Notes under the pieces: generated by a model | What the model was told of the DNA's origin: nothing | Databases searched by the model: none | What the model saw: the letters and a program-made list of their open reading frames with translations, nothing else | Translations under genes and position numbers: made by a program | DNA from: Eledone cirrhosa | Lineage: Eukaryota | Assembly (NCBI GenBank): GCA_964016885.1 | Contig: OZ024743.1 | Span: forward strand, 288,672,001 to 288,736,000 | Reading direction: 5' to 3' | Length of the DNA stretch: 64,000 nucleotides | Shown: in pieces, positions 1-13,214 of the stretch | Layout of the letters: the number at the start of each line of letters is the position of its first letter | Position numbering within the stretch: position 1 is the stretch's first letter

Positions 1-28
1 TGGGTCTATCAACCCTTATTATATATAT

Positions 29-209
29 GTGGATTCGCAGTATCGGTAGGGGGTCAGACGCCATGCTTTGACGCATAGAGTTACGGCCCTTGCCATTCTG
101 AGTTCAAATCCCCACGAGGTTAACTTTGCCTTTTATCCTTATGGGGTCGATAAAATAAAGTACCAGTAATACACTGGGTAATTGCTGGCCTTGTGCCAAA
201 AGTAGAAAC

Positions 210-213
<4 letters not shown>
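29..213 (+). mobile_element. tRNA-derived SINE (family S1, most abundant SINE in the window)
   Basis: A-box-like GGCAGTATCGGTAG and B-box GAGTTCAAATCCC; body CTTTCATCCTTACGGGGTCGATAAAATAAAGTACCAG resembles the Meta/MESC-type SINE central domain (from memory); 3' end GGCCTTGTGCCAAAAGTAGAAACAATTA; more than 15 copies in the window. Confidence 0.85.
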
Positions 214-250
<37 letters not shown>

Positions 251-375
251 AGAGTTATATATGTATATATATATATCTTTTTTAGATATTTGTATTAATA
301 TACACACGAACATAAAGATCATAAATGTGTGGGTATATATAGTTGGTGCTACTGGTAACATGTATTCCAGTACAA

Positions 376-640
376 CCTGTCTCATGGTCGGGTCGTTGGC
401 GACTAAACTGGCAACCCCACCAAGGTTTCTTTGTGAGGAGGGTGACTTTGGACATCCTGCAGGACTAAAAACAAAACCTGTCAAAGGGCAAAGGAGCTCT
501 TAAGAGCCAATGGCCATCCAAAATCACCGGGAGAGATGACCCCTTAGCCTTTTTCAAGGCAGAATTCTAGGAGTAGGAAAACTCTGATATAACTCCTGCA
601 ATCCTGATGGTATCCAATGATGTGACTTGTTCTTCTTTTT
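376..640 (+). mobile_element. possible RTE-clade LINE 5' UTR remnant
   Basis: CTAGGAGTAGGAAAACTCTGA and CTAAACTGGCAACCCCAC resemble motifs of RTE/BovB-type 5' UTRs; no ORF follows. Confidence 0.35.
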
Positions 641-952
641 GGTAAATATCATCTTGGTTAAGAGAGTGGGACTGGCTTTGTGCAGTGCCTTTGCTCACTA
701 TAAAAGCTTCACGGCACAGGCATTGCTTTATATCTGGAGATCTCTCTGCACTTGTCGTCACATGGTACCATGGGCCCAGCACTATGTGTCAATAATTGTC
801 ACAAGTATAGTGTTTGTACCAGAGTTTTCAAGTCGCTGGCTGGACTAAAAAGTCACACTCGTTCAGCGCATCAGTAGGCGTTCTCCTACAGGGATATAAA
901 GTAATGGCCGTACTCGAAAACGAGTTGGCAGCCACCATATATATATATATAA

Positions 953-1009
<57 letters not shown>

Positions 1010-1123
1010 TGTACATATATACGTGTGTCTGTATATTATTATTTATATACACACATGCATACACTCATACACTCATACAGACACGCAGACAGATACACAC
1101 ACACACACATACACACACACACA

Positions 1124-1187
<64 letters not shown>

Positions 1188-1431
1188 CGTACAGATAGTT
1201 ATCGTGCAAAATCTTGTAAAATACATCTGCACTGCGTAAGTGCACTGGATGGCATTTAGAACAGAAGCTCCAGGTATATTATTACTTATCTTCTGTCTAA
1301 ATATGATGTTCTTATTAACGATATATGTTGATTTTCTCGTTTTGTTTTTGTTGCTTTGCTCATTCGCGTTTAGTTTTTGGTTATGCAATACATGTATATA
1401 TGAATGAAATCATAATAGTTGGGGTTCTTAA

Positions 1432-1538
<107 letters not shown>

Positions 1539-1625
1539 GGGGAGAGAGAGAGGGGGAGAGAGAGAGCGAAAGAGAGAGAGAGGGAGAGAGAGAGAGCGAT
1601 TTGCTAGCCTGTATGTAGGTATATC

Positions 1626-1765
1626 AGAAAAGGTGTGGTAAAATACCAGGTGGAACATAACCCAACAGAGCACTCGATACTTGGGGTAGTAGAGTGTGTA
1701 ATTTAAAAAGATTCGGATCTAGTTGTCGAAGCGGCCTGAGCTCTGTTCCTCGGGTTCCTGAATCG

Positions 1766-1770
<5 letters not shown>
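1626..1770 (-). mobile_element. (TA)n-inserted short element, family A, diverged copy
   Basis: Similar to 41318-41485 and 43509-43697 (GTGGTAAGGAACCAGGTGGACCATAAC...GGGTAGTAGAGTGGGTAAT...GTCGAAACGGC). Confidence 0.7.
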
Positions 1771-1824
<54 letters not shown>

Positions 1825-1865
1825 CGAAACATAAGTCAATTGCATGAACTCATAATCCTTTATTT

Positions 1866-1921
1866 ACTGCTATATATATTTCTATGATAGCCATTGAATG
1901 GCTATGACCTCATCAGGCAGT
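1866..1921 (-). ncRNA. minimal type I hammerhead ribozyme (family H1), within element 1832-1988
   Basis: Reverse complement reads ACTGC CTGATGA GGTCATAGCCATTCAATGGCTATCATA GAAA TATATA TA GCAGT; inverted near-identical copy at 8127-8182. Confidence 0.75.
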
Positions 1922-2011
1922 TAGTCAGTTCTTAGATATGCCAGCTCTGTGTTTATAGTGTTGATGGTATCAGAGCCTTGGGACATATCTATAATAGTTG
2001 GGGTTCTTAAG

Positions 2012-2057
<46 letters not shown>

Positions 2058-2059
2058 TA

Positions 2060-2101
<42 letters not shown>

Positions 2102-2200
2102 GGAGGTGAGTTTTATAGTAGCACAATAAAGCAATGCAAATATGTTGATTGAAAACTTCACTACTCACAAGTGTTTTTTAAGCTTCATATCATGTCTCCC

Positions 2201-2271
2201 TATTTTATCTGATGAGAACGCAGATATCATCCCATGATGATATTTGTTTTTGAAAGGTACATAATAAAATA
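2201..2271 (+). ncRNA. type I hammerhead ribozyme (family H2), within element 2098-2308
   Basis: TATTTTAT CTGATGA GAACGCAGATATCATCCCATGATGATATTTGTTTTT GAAA GGTACA TA ATAAAATA; stem I is 8 bp. Confidence 0.7.
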
Positions 2272-2301
2272 ATTGGAACTCTTTTAACCATCTTTTGATC
2301 T

Positions 2302-2351
<50 letters not shown>

Positions 2352-2492
2352 AAAGTATGTCCATAGAATCATTTGATAAAATATATACACCATTTCCTCT
2401 CCCAATTAGCATAATTAACCACATAAAAAATCAATTAGACCAGGCTATAAGAATAAAGGCCTCCATGAAGAAATATTTGATAAATAAACGAC

Positions 2493-2556
<64 letters not shown>

Positions 2557-3206
2557 TTTTTTAGAAATTTCAGTTATAAGAATGTGGCCATGAAAGAGAA
2601 AGTTTTTAAAATGATTTACCAGTCTACTGGAGCGCACCACATTTAACCTGGTATATATGTTACCATTATTTTCGTAGGCGTTACGAGTTATAAATCGCAA
2701 CACGGGAATAAATTAAACAGGTAAGCAAATGGGGTGTTGAGCATTTGATAGATATCAGTAATATTAATCTGTCACGCAAACCTTAACAGAGTAGAAAATC
2801 ATAATAACTATACCTTTAATAAGTAAAAATATTAATTAGAAAATTATGTAGCAGTGGAATTAATATAGATGCTCTCATAATTAATTTACACACGCCATAA
2901 TTTGTTTGTTATATATATATACATAAACCCATGCATTGCCAGGCCATATGGAAAATGTAACTTCCCCACCAGCTGCTTCAATTGTAAAAGATAGACAAGA
3001 CAATCTGGTTATAAGACCAAGCCAGATGTGAAATGCATGATACATTTCAAACGGCTCATCAAATATTTTAGTAATCAGTGTTAAATGCACATGATTCGTG
3101 TATGGATTACCGGTACATACATGCATATATGGTGTATATTATACACTTAAAAGGTTAAGGCCTATGCCAAGTAGCCTACCTGCTTTCCTTTCCTCTGCTC
3201 AGCCAC

Positions 3207-3267
<61 letters not shown>

Positions 3268-3272
<5 letters not shown>

Positions 3273-3497
3273 ATAATAATAAATGTGAAGACTAAAATCC
3301 AAATAGGGCTCGATAAGGATAAATATATATCAAATATATAAGGACCCAATTGCAAAAATTTATTAAAATAACAGATTGAAGTTTAAGCAATGAATCGCTG
3401 CTTTCACCCTTAAGCGGACCTTCTGAAACTCTTTCAGAAGATCACGTTAAAGGTGAAAGCAGCGATTCTTTGCTTTAACTTTAATCTGTTATTTTAA

Positions 3498-3502
<5 letters not shown>
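3268..3502. mobile_element. fold-back element family B (arms ~3360-3427 / 3432-3500 plus one-sided tail) in (TA)n
   Basis: Inverted repeat read directly; related pieces at 6797-6960, 18793-18835, 25865-26036, 36240-36290 and 53978-54030. Confidence 0.75.
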
Positions 3503-3535
<33 letters not shown>

Positions 3536-3539
<4 letters not shown>

Positions 3540-3988
3540 CTACCACTCAATGGTAGGGTCTAAACCGTATAAAGAACTCAATGTAATCCGTATGTAGAAG
3601 ATGTCGTGATGCAAAGTTTAAAATACACAAATTTTTATCAACGATATAATTCAATTGGATACAGAGTCAACATAGAAATATTAAAACAATGAAATTAAAC
3701 ACAAAACTGTTTATTCATAGTAAAGCACATTATTTTACGATCGTTTCTGGGGGGGGGGGGGTAGTTCTCTGTATGTTCATTCAATTATTGATCTATGTAA
3801 AACATATTACAAAATATCATAGTAAGAAAAAAATATATACATCTTCACTACCCGCCGTCTTCAGAAATAATTATTTCTGAAGACGGCGGAGAGCATACAT
3901 CGAACCACCCCCCAGAAACGATCGTAAAATAATGTGTTTTACTATGAATTAACAGTTTTGTGTTTAATTTCATTGTTTTAATATTTAT
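3536..3988. mobile_element. fold-back element with hammerhead (family H3) in (TA)n
   Basis: Arms ~3675-3770 / 3893-3986 plus perfect inner hairpin CCGCCGTCTTCAGAAATAA|TTATTTCTGAAGACGGCGG; one-sided tail 3536-3674. Confidence 0.75.
3871..3932 (+). ncRNA. type I hammerhead ribozyme (family H3)
   Basis: TTATTT CTGAAGA ...stem II... GAAA CGATCG TA AAATAA; stem I 6 bp, palindromic stem III, GUA triplet; stem II is imperfect. Confidence 0.7.
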
Positions 3989-4210
3989 ATATATATATAT
4001 ATATATATAACTCCTTACACTTGTATAGTTTTTTTCGGAATGTTTTTGACTGTTATTTCATGTAAACAGACATTCGTCTCATTTTGACGTCACCAGCCAT
4101 GTCTCTCGATGTGCGTTTATTTTTCATAATTACGTACAAGGCGAACTAGCCTGTCTTTAAATTCCATTTTTGGCATATTCTACAGTGGATTTAGTGGTTA
4201 TCGTGTTTGA

Positions 4211-4290
4211 GCTCTGCTGATGAACGACTCCAACCGTGACCATCCCCACTGAAGGTTTCGCGAAATAGTCTTTTTAAGACTATACAGAGC
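4211..4290 (+). ncRNA. type I hammerhead ribozyme with full stem III (family H4)
   Basis: GCTCTG CTGATGA A-CGA..AACC..GGTT-TCG-C GAAA TAGTCTT TTT AAGACTA TA CAGAGC; stem I 6 bp, stem III 7 bp, AUA triplet. Confidence 0.8.
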
Positions 4291-4541
4291 ATTTGCAGTT
4301 TTTCCAAATTGAAGGATGAGTATTTAGACTTTATTTTATTCTGAGTTAAGTCTCTATTGATTTTTTCCCTGGATTTCACAAAATTCTATGGACTAATCTA
4401 TGTCTTGATTTTTTTTTTAATTGAGTTTGAATTATTTTCCCACATCTTACGTTAACTATTTTTCCATTTTGACGTTATAGTCACTTATATATTATGAAAT
4501 ACTGCTGGCTTCACGCTCACAATATTTTCTATACTTTAATT

Positions 4542-4583
<42 letters not shown>

Positions 4584-5712
4584 GTTAAAACTAAGACGGG
4601 AACAAAAACAGAGAGAGGCAGTACAAATAAGAGTTTATTAGGTTCACGCTTTTGAGAGTAGGGGAGGGGGACGTTTCGGCATAAGCCCTTCATCAGGAGA
4701 AAAATGGGTCGGAAGAGAGTTCCGAGGGTGTGTGGGGGGAGTGGTAGAAAGACATTTAGAAAAGGGGGAGGGTACGATTGAAGAAGTACAAATAAAAATA
4801 AAAATAAACATAAAAATAAACATAAGAATAAACAAGTGGTGGAAGGGTGTGAGGCGTGTAGGGGTGGTGGCGGGTGGAGTTGGGAGTTGGGGGGGGGGTG
4901 AAGGTTGTGTTTGTGTATGTGTGTAGGTGTACGTGTGTGTGTTTGTGCATGTGTATGTGAATGTGAGAGTTGGGGGAAGAACGAGGTTCCATGTTCAGGA
5001 AAAGGTGTGTGCGTGGGGTGGGGTTTAAGTCGGTGTGTGCGTGTGGATGGAGAGGGGTCGGGGGGGGGGGGGTGCATTCCGGAGGCTGAGTGTGTATATG
5101 TGAGTATGCGCACGTGTGTGTTTGTGTTTATACGTCGTGTGGATGTAGGTGACGTGGTTCGAAAAAAAATGTGATTGTTTGTTCGTGGGTAAGTTCCTAA
5201 GGTAGTTGCGTGGAGTGTGCGAGGAGATGTTGGATATTTCTCATGTTATAGAGTGGATAGCTGAAACGATGACTGTGGAATCCATTAGATGTGGTGGTCG
5301 GAAGTAAAGAGATGTGAGGTGCGTGCGCAACAGGATGTGGTCAGAGGGTCAAGGCAGGGTGAAGAGATAGCAGTAGATGAGGATGACAGGTGGAGAAATG
5401 GTCTGTATCTGGTGAGGACTGTGTGTGTGTCTGTGTGTGCGGAGGTGCGGTGGACAGGGGAGAGGATGGGTAGGTGTGAAAGGTGGAGGGGGAAGGTGGG
5501 GATGTGGGGGATGGCGTGTATATTAGTAGAGGTGTTAGTGGGATGTGTGTGTGTGAAGGGTTATAGGTGAAGCGGGGAGAGGGAGAGAGAGAGAAAAGGT
5601 GTTGGGTCGGAGGGGGGAGTGTAGTGTACTGGTGTGTGTGTGTGATTGGATGAGTGTGTGTGGAGGTGTTAGTATTGTTGGTTGTGGGGTGGGCCAAGGC
5701 GGTGGGCGGTGA
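4584..5712 (-). mobile_element. probable Penelope-like element 3' region with HHR-like core at 4670-4696
   Basis: Minus strand reads CTGATGA AGGGCTTATGCC GAAACGTC followed by AATAAA, preceded by ~1 kb of C/A-rich low-complexity sequence and flanked by (TA)n; stem I is not evident. Confidence 0.5.
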
Positions 5713-5720
5713 TATATATA

Positions 5721-6128
5721 TAATATAAAATCAAAAGATGGTTAAAAGATTTCAATGTATTTTATTATGCGCATTTCAAAAACAAATATCATCATGGGAT
5801 GATATTTGCGTTCTCATCAGATAAAATAGTGAGACATGTTATGAAGCTTAATAAACACTTGCGAGCAGTGAAGTGTTAAATCAACATAACACTTCACTGC
5901 TCGCAAGTGTTTTTTAAGCGTCATAACATGTCTCACTATTTTATCTGATGAGAACGCAAATATCATCCCATGATGATATTTGTTTTTGAAATGCGCATAA
6001 TAAAATACATTGAACTCTTTTGACCATCTTTTGATTTTATATTATTTGTACTCCAGTCCTATAAACTATTGAGTGCTACTTATCCGATATTTGCATTGCT
6101 TTATTGTGCTACAATAAAACTCACATCC

Positions 6129-6131
<3 letters not shown>
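5721..6131. mobile_element. fold-back element family H2: ~157-bp arms, two divergent hammerheads (5758-5828 -, 5937-6007 +), one-sided tail
   Basis: Arms 5721-5877 / 5887-6045; TATTTTAT CTGATGA..GAAA TGCGCA TA ATAAAATA; tail to 6131, then (TA)n. Confidence 0.85.
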
Positions 6132-6188
<57 letters not shown>

Positions 6189-6576
6189 TACATATATGTC
6201 GCAGCAGTGATAAGGCGCCCAAATTTAAGACATGGGAGGAATTTGTGGGTTAAGCTGAAAATAAAAGCTGCGAAGACTACGGGCATCAGAAGTAGGGTGG
6301 GGGGTTGTAAAACCTAAACTCGCTACCTTCAATTCGGTGTTTCGTCTAACCATTAACTATGGTCATGGGCGTTAGGTAATAACTCAAGGACTACAAGCGA
6401 ACGAAATGGTGTTACTCCGAACGGTGTTTGGAATAACATTACTTGATAAGTACGTAGCTGAGCCATCAGAGAGTCGCTTCGAGTAGAATCACTAGTTTTT
6501 CTGAGTTGCGAGATAACAGCTGCGATATTTGTTTAGAATGTCTACGGTAAAAAAAAATTGCTGGACAGATGTATAA

Positions 6577-6629
<53 letters not shown>

Positions 6630-6653
6630 GGTCGGGGTTTTACCCGCCTCTCT

Positions 6654-6693
<40 letters not shown>

Positions 6694-6745
6694 AGAAATA
6701 GCCGTCGAAACGGCCAGAGCTCTGCCGTCGGGGTCCTGACTCTTT

Positions 6746-6798
<53 letters not shown>

Positions 6799-6956
6799 GT
6801 AATAATAATAATTTGAAGACTAAAATCCAAAGAGGGCTCGATAAGGATAAATATATATCAAATATTTAAAAACCGTAGAGCAAATGATTTTTTTAGTCTC
6901 AGAAGTTCCCGTTTATGGTGAAAGCACCGATTCTTTGCTTAAACTTTAATCTGTTA

Positions 6957-7008
<52 letters not shown>

Positions 7009-7472
7009 ACATAGATAGATAGATAGATACATACATATGTATATTTATATATATATGTGGAGGCTTATACATATAGATATATTTATGTCTATATATATAT
7101 GTGTGTGTGTGTATATATAACGTGTATGTGTATCCATGAAAGTCTGTCTGTATGTATGTATGTAAGTATGTATGTATGTATGTATGTATGTATGTATGTA
7201 TGTATGTATGCATGTATTATGCATGTATGGATATGTGTGTGTATTTATGTACGGACGCTTGAATGTATTTGTATAAGAAAGATCCATTGACGGATATCTC
7301 GAAGAAGAGTCCAACGTTCCACTTAGATTCTAAAGAGCTGGCTACATTCCATTGATGAGTATTTAAGTGAAACGTTATTTCATATGTCATAGAGATGATG
7401 ATGCCAAAATGAAGGTCTTTCTCAGTTCGCGGGCTACAGATGCGCCAACTTTATTGAAATAGCATCTTTCAT

Positions 7473-7535
<63 letters not shown>

Positions 7536-7536
7536 A

Positions 7537-7717
7537 TAGATTCAGGATCCCAACTGCTGATCTCTGACCGTTTCGACAGCTAGATCCGAACTGAGTTCGA
7601 ATCTAGCTGTCGAAACTGCCGGGGCTCGTCCGTCGGAGTCCTGAATCTTTTCATATTACCCACTCTACTACCCCAAGTATCGAGTACTAAGGTTTTGGTG
7701 GTTTTCACCACACCCTA

Positions 7718-7762
<45 letters not shown>

Positions 7763-7837
7763 CACTCTACTACCCTACGTATTGAGTACTCTGGTGCGTT
7801 ATGGTCCATCTGGTTCCTTACCACACCTCCTTCGTTA
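7537..7837. mobile_element. family A fold-back copy plus second tail copy
   Basis: AGATTCAGGA..GTTTCGACAGCTAGAT / ATCTAGCTGTCGAAAC..TCCTGAATCT inverted arms, then the CCCACTCTACTACCC tail twice, separated by (TA)n. Confidence 0.7.
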
Positions 7838-7875
7838 TATATATATACATATATACCCAGGGGGTATATACCCAA

Positions 7876-7962
7876 GGGTCCGTCGAGGTGCCGATCATCG
7901 TGTCGGGTAGGATCGATACAGATCGAACCTTGAGCTGATCAGTGGCGAAACGTCCGTCACCT
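7876..7962 (+). ncRNA. degenerate hammerhead with branched stem II (family H6)
   Basis: GGT CCGTCGA ~60 nt (AGGATCGAT..ATCGA..CCT..GAGCTGATC) GAAA CGTCCG TC ACC, then AATAAA; the core has two substitutions; same architecture as 50080-50168. Confidence 0.5.
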
Positions 7963-8126
7963 AGCAATAAATGTAATAAAGGAGTAACCAATCGTCCTTG
8001 CTATCCTTTCAACATATATATATTCCTGCTGACAACATTAAATTATTCCTAACAAGCTCATATGTCCCAAGGCTCTGATACCATCAACACTATAAACACA
8101 GAGCTGGCATATCTAAGAACTGACTA

Positions 8127-8182
8127 ACTGCCTGATGAGGTCATAGCCATTCAATGGCTATCATCGAAATATATATAGCAGT
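8127..8182 (+). ncRNA. minimal type I hammerhead ribozyme (family H1), canonical core
   Basis: ACTGC CTGATGA GGTCATAGCCAT TCA ATGGCTATCATC GAAA TATATA TA GCAGT followed by AATAAA. Confidence 0.85.
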
Positions 8183-8326
8183 AAATAAAGGATTATGAGT
8201 TCATGCAATTGACTTAAGTTAGATCGCAGATATAAAAGACAGCTAGAAGCGAAAACCAACCAAACAGTGAGTGTGTTCTGTTATTAATTCTGGCAATATT
8301 ACGCAAATATGACCCTCCCCAAGTAT

Positions 8327-8375
<49 letters not shown>

Positions 8376-8429
8376 GTGTGTGTGTGCGTGTGTGTGTATA
8401 CGCCCACACATATATGTATATATAGGCTA

Positions 8430-8465
<36 letters not shown>

Positions 8466-8728
8466 GTTATTAAGGCTAAATAGTGAGTCTCGTTACTCAG
8501 GAGTTTCGCCTCATTCTCACAGGTTAGGGTAATCAATCTGATGATCCAGTATTTGTGTATTATATTCAAATATATATTATATATTATATTATATTGTATA
8601 ATTTTATTTCACTTTATACTATAGATAGGTTTCTTTATACTATAGATAATCCCTTGATTACAAACATATATACAGAGAGAGAGAGTGTCTGAGTATCAGG
8701 AAAGAAATATGGGAGAGAGAAAGAGAGC

Positions 8729-8810
<82 letters not shown>

Positions 8811-8938
8811 GTAGATATATATAGTCCATGTGTGTGGTTATGCATGTTGTATGGTTATGAATATGTCCGTGTGTCGTTACTTTGAGAATGTACGTTTAAC
8901 AACATCTATACTTATGTTTTGAATTTTCTCCCTCCTCA

Positions 8939-9031
<93 letters not shown>

Positions 9032-9129
9032 TATATATATATATGTGTGTGAGTGTGTGTATGAGAGTGTGGAGTGTATATATATTTATATATGTTTATC
9101 TATGTATCCATTTATCTAATATATATATG

Positions 9130-9164
<35 letters not shown>

Positions 9165-9636
9165 GCGTGTGTGTGTTTCTGTGTGTGTGTGCATTTATGT
9201 ATATATGAACACTAGGAACAGGTGTGTAGTTTTCATCTAAACCATTTATCTTTACGTGGAATCACTCTTTGTTCAGTACTCTACTGTATTAGTTCCAGTC
9301 GACATACAGTGAGATTCCATTCCCGTGAGAATTTGTCACCATTTAGTGCCGTTGATCCTCTTGGGAGATGATTGAAAGTCACAGCTTCCAATTTGGACCT
9401 TCTCTTTATATCAGGCATATGTAAAGAATATAGTTTCCTGTTTATATAACTTATACATTGAAAATTCTTCTAATAAATCCTGTTTGTCTTCTCATGGGTT
9501 TCTGTATTAGCAATGTTCATATATCTATCCATCTCCGTCACTTTGTCTTTGTCCGTCTGTCAGTCTCTTTATATATATATATATAAAATAAAATAATATA
9601 AATAAGTCAAATGTTTAAAATTTGGCTTCGTTTATT

Positions 9637-9691
9637 ACTGCTATATATATTTCGGTGACAGCCATCTTTGGCTGTGACCTCTGCAGGCAGT
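9637..9691 (-). ncRNA. hammerhead family H1 paralog with A6C core variant
   Basis: Reverse complement ACTGC CTGCAGA GGTCACAGCCA AAGA TGGCTGTCACC GAAA TATATA TA GCAGT; compensatory U-A to C-G change in stem II relative to 8127. Confidence 0.7.
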
Positions 9692-9803
9692 CCGAATTAG
9701 TGTGGTAGAGACGAGTACACATGTTGTTGAGGTGTATAACTTTGTCAATACTCTGATATACCCAGTTCCTGGTTGGGTTGTTATTTCACTGAGGAACTGG
9801 AAT

Positions 9804-9851
<48 letters not shown>

Positions 9852-9854
<3 letters not shown>

Positions 9855-10050
9855 CGTTTCTGAATTTGTTTAGCAAGATTCTTTATCTGAAATCGTGTGT
9901 TGAAACCGATGTTGTTATATTTTGGGAGGGTCATGTTGCCAATAAGAAACACACGCACCAGTTGCTTTCACTTCAGTTTATTATATATTTATAAATTTAC
10001 AAATTTATAAATTTCTGGTTGGTTGGTTCCACAACCAGATAGTTGTTTAT
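9852..10050. mobile_element. (TA)n-inserted short element family F
   Basis: Shares segments, in mixed orientations, with 8255-8333, 51548-51656 and 54510-54684 (CTTATTGGCAACATGACCCTCCCAAAGTATAAC). Confidence 0.7.
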
Positions 10051-10917
10051 ATATAGTCATAGTTATGGTTTCCCCGGTCTCGCCATCTCCCCGGTCTCAC
10101 TACCGTAGCACTTTAATATGTATATATATATATATATATAAGACGCTGTATTTTTATGCTTTCATTTGTTCAAAGTAATGATTTAAGAAACTTCAGCGTC
10201 TAATAAGATTGAGACACGACATCATATATTGAATGATTTTCACCTGTTCTTAAACACAGGCATTTGCCAATGCGTATATTTCGAAATATACATTTCTCAT
10301 TCTGTGTAATATGCATCCTCTCCCAGTTTCATCTTTCTGATGTGGGTTCAGTCTCGTTAATATTTATAGTATGTTAAATTTAGAATTCATAATACGGCGG
10401 TTGGTTCAATTTTTGTATTTATAGAATTTTTTTTCTCGCGTAAATACGAAAGTAAAAGTCTCATGTGATAAATAATGTTTATTATTGTATAGCCATAGGT
10501 TAGCCTTGGTTGAGCAGACTCATGATAAAATATGACGCTGTTCTGCCACCCCAACCTATGTTCAGGTATACCTAGGATTAACTTAGGTAATCTAACATCC
10601 ACTACTAAAAATTTGAATATCGCTTGTCAGTTTATTTGTTGAAGGTTAAGAAGCAGGGTTGAGACTCCCGTGATCGCTGTTGCTATCGATGACCATTCAT
10701 AGATACTGAAATAGATATTATGCCACAATTATCGGAGTAAACGTTACCGTTGATGTCAATGTCACTTCTGTTAATATTGTTGCTTTGGAGACTAGATGAA
10801 TAAATGACATGCGTCAATCGTTTCCGACAATGCAGGAACGCCATCAGCCATCAGCACTCAGTAAACATCGCCGCAGTTTAGAGTTGCATTGTAAGTGTTT
10901 GGTAATTAAGTGATTGA

Positions 10918-10977
10918 GATAATGATAATCCTAGTCAGGATTGATTTAAGATAATGATAATCCTAGTCAGGATTGAT
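10918..10977. repeat. short tandem duplication GATAATGATAATCCTAGTCAGGATTGAT x2
   Basis: Direct repeat read in the sequence. Confidence 0.85.
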
Positions 10978-11179
10978 CTTTGCCCCTATCAAGGGGCTTA
11001 TCCTAACTGAATCTACGTGACTCAGTAGAAACACTGGAACAGTATGTCAAAGAGATACAATCGATTTGCCAAAAGATGCTGCAATACTTAACAGAAAAGC
11101 ATTAGTGGGACTTCTGTATAACAGTAAATAATCGCTCTTAATGGAACGACTATATACTGTTGGCAAAGCAATTTTTGGA

Positions 11180-11350
11180 AAAGGGAAAGTTGATTAAATC
11201 AACCCCATTGCATTACTGGTGCTTTATTTTATCAACCCCGTAAGGATGAAAGGCAAAGCTAACCTCAGCAGGATTTGACCCTAGGCCGTAAAGCGTCCTA
11301 AATCTATGTCGCAAAGCATGCTGTCCAACGCTCTACCGATACTGCCAAAT
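11180..11350 (-). mobile_element. SINE S1, diverged
   Basis: CTGGTGCTTTATTTTATCAACCCCGTAAGGATGAAAGGCAAAG...CTCTACCGATACTGCCAA. Confidence 0.8.
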
Positions 11351-12528
11351 AATGAGCACATACGAGAGTTTGCTGAAAAGTTAATTGGATGACTGTCGAT
11401 GAGTGATGTTAGAGTTGTGAAATCTTGCATGCATTAATTTCAACTCTTCTCATCAATAACTGCATAGTTTCTATCTAAGGACTATGTTGAATAATGAACC
11501 TCATTTGGTTATTTCTTGAGAGTATCTTGGTCAACCTATGAACTTTTCAGCAGACAATCGTAGATTTCCCCACCCTCGAACAACAACAACAAACGATGAA
11601 CTAAAGGGCACAAATTCAACGAAATTCCGTTAGAATAGAAAGGAAAGGAATTCAATTTTCTTCTGTCCAGAACCGTTATTCTACACAATAAAACATTCAT
11701 TTTTAAACCTTTTAAGTCACCATTTCTGTTGTTAGGTTTTCCGTATTTTTTACGTAATCTTTCATTTGGATATTTATTATGCATGATTTGATTTGGATCC
11801 TTATGTTCTCAGCTCAAATCCTCCCGAATTCCATATTTTCCTCTTCCTTGGTCGATATAATATAGTGCAGGTCAAATACTGAAATCAATATAGTTGAATA
11901 ACTTTTGTTATTACTGGACTCACCCCCAAACTAGCAATAATTATTGTTATGGTTAATACCGTAGGTGTTGCACTTCATGTTACTTTCATTCATTTCGTGG
12001 TGGGTACACGAGGTAAGAATGATTAAGCGGGTCACATCGCAATAATAGAATTCCGGGTTAGAAGTTTGTAGCAAGTCGGAGTGACTGTACCTATAATTCA
12101 CGAGTCCAAACCTATTCCCCTACTGTATCATGGAAGAATCTATCAGAGTATTACGTTAAGAGGTGATATGTCTGTAGAATGGCCAGCTAATTACATGTTA
12201 CCTTCACAAGCTGTGGGTAAGCGAGATGGTGCCAATATATACAGGAATGTTTTAAATATGGAACCATTTTAATATACCAAAAAAGAAAAAAAAAACACGT
12301 TTCCCTGTAATTTGAAAGAATGAGAAATATCTTTAATTGATTTTGAAACCTAGTTGGATCCTCATCTCAAGCCGTTGGAAAACGCGTAATTGAAGAAGCC
12401 ATGCACCCATTCGAACTTAGTATTCTGCAATGTACCCACTGATTTGCATATAATTGGCGCTCGTGCCATATACACTTTGACTGAGTCTCGCTTACCCATT
12501 CTGTGTTTATATATATATATATATATAT

Positions 12529-12565
<37 letters not shown>

Positions 12566-12610
12566 TCCATCGTAAACTTCGGCTGCTTAGCACACTTATT
12601 ATTATTATTA

Positions 12611-12994
12611 ACGGTGGATTGGCAGTATCGGTAGAGGTCGGGCGCCATGCTTTGAAGCATAGAGTTACCTCCCTTTATGATCTGAGTTCAAATCCCGCCG
12701 AGGTTAACTTTGTCTTTCATCCTTACGGCGTCGATAAAATAAAGTACCAGTAATGCACTGGGATAATTGCTGGCCTGGTGCCAAAAGTAGAAACAATTAT
12801 TATTAATGTGTGAATTGGCAGTATCGGTAGAGGGTTGGACGCCATGCTTTCTAGCATAGTTACGTCCCTTTACAGTCTGAGTTCAAATCCCGCCGAGGTT
12901 AACTTTGCCTTTCATCCTTACGGGGTCGATAAAATAAAGTACCAGTAATGCACTGGGATAATTGCTGGCCTTGTGCCTAAAGTAGAAACAATTA
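12611..12994 (+). mobile_element. two tandem SINE S1 copies (12611-12800, 12807-12994)
   Basis: Both have A/B boxes, the central domain and an (ATT)n tail. Confidence 0.9.
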
Positions 12995-13068
<74 letters not shown>

Positions 13069-13214
13069 GGAAAAAATGAAACGAAATTTCATTTCTCACT
13101 CTAAGTACGGCTGTTACTTAAATATAAGTATATATACGTACATACATATATGTATACAGACGTACAGTAGTATGTATATATACATACATGCACACATATA
13201 TATGTACGTATGGA

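Noticed and set aside
6325-6475. Minus-strand CTGATGG...GACGAAACAC hammerhead candidate
   Set aside because: Core mismatch, ~120-nt spacing and no stem I or NUH.
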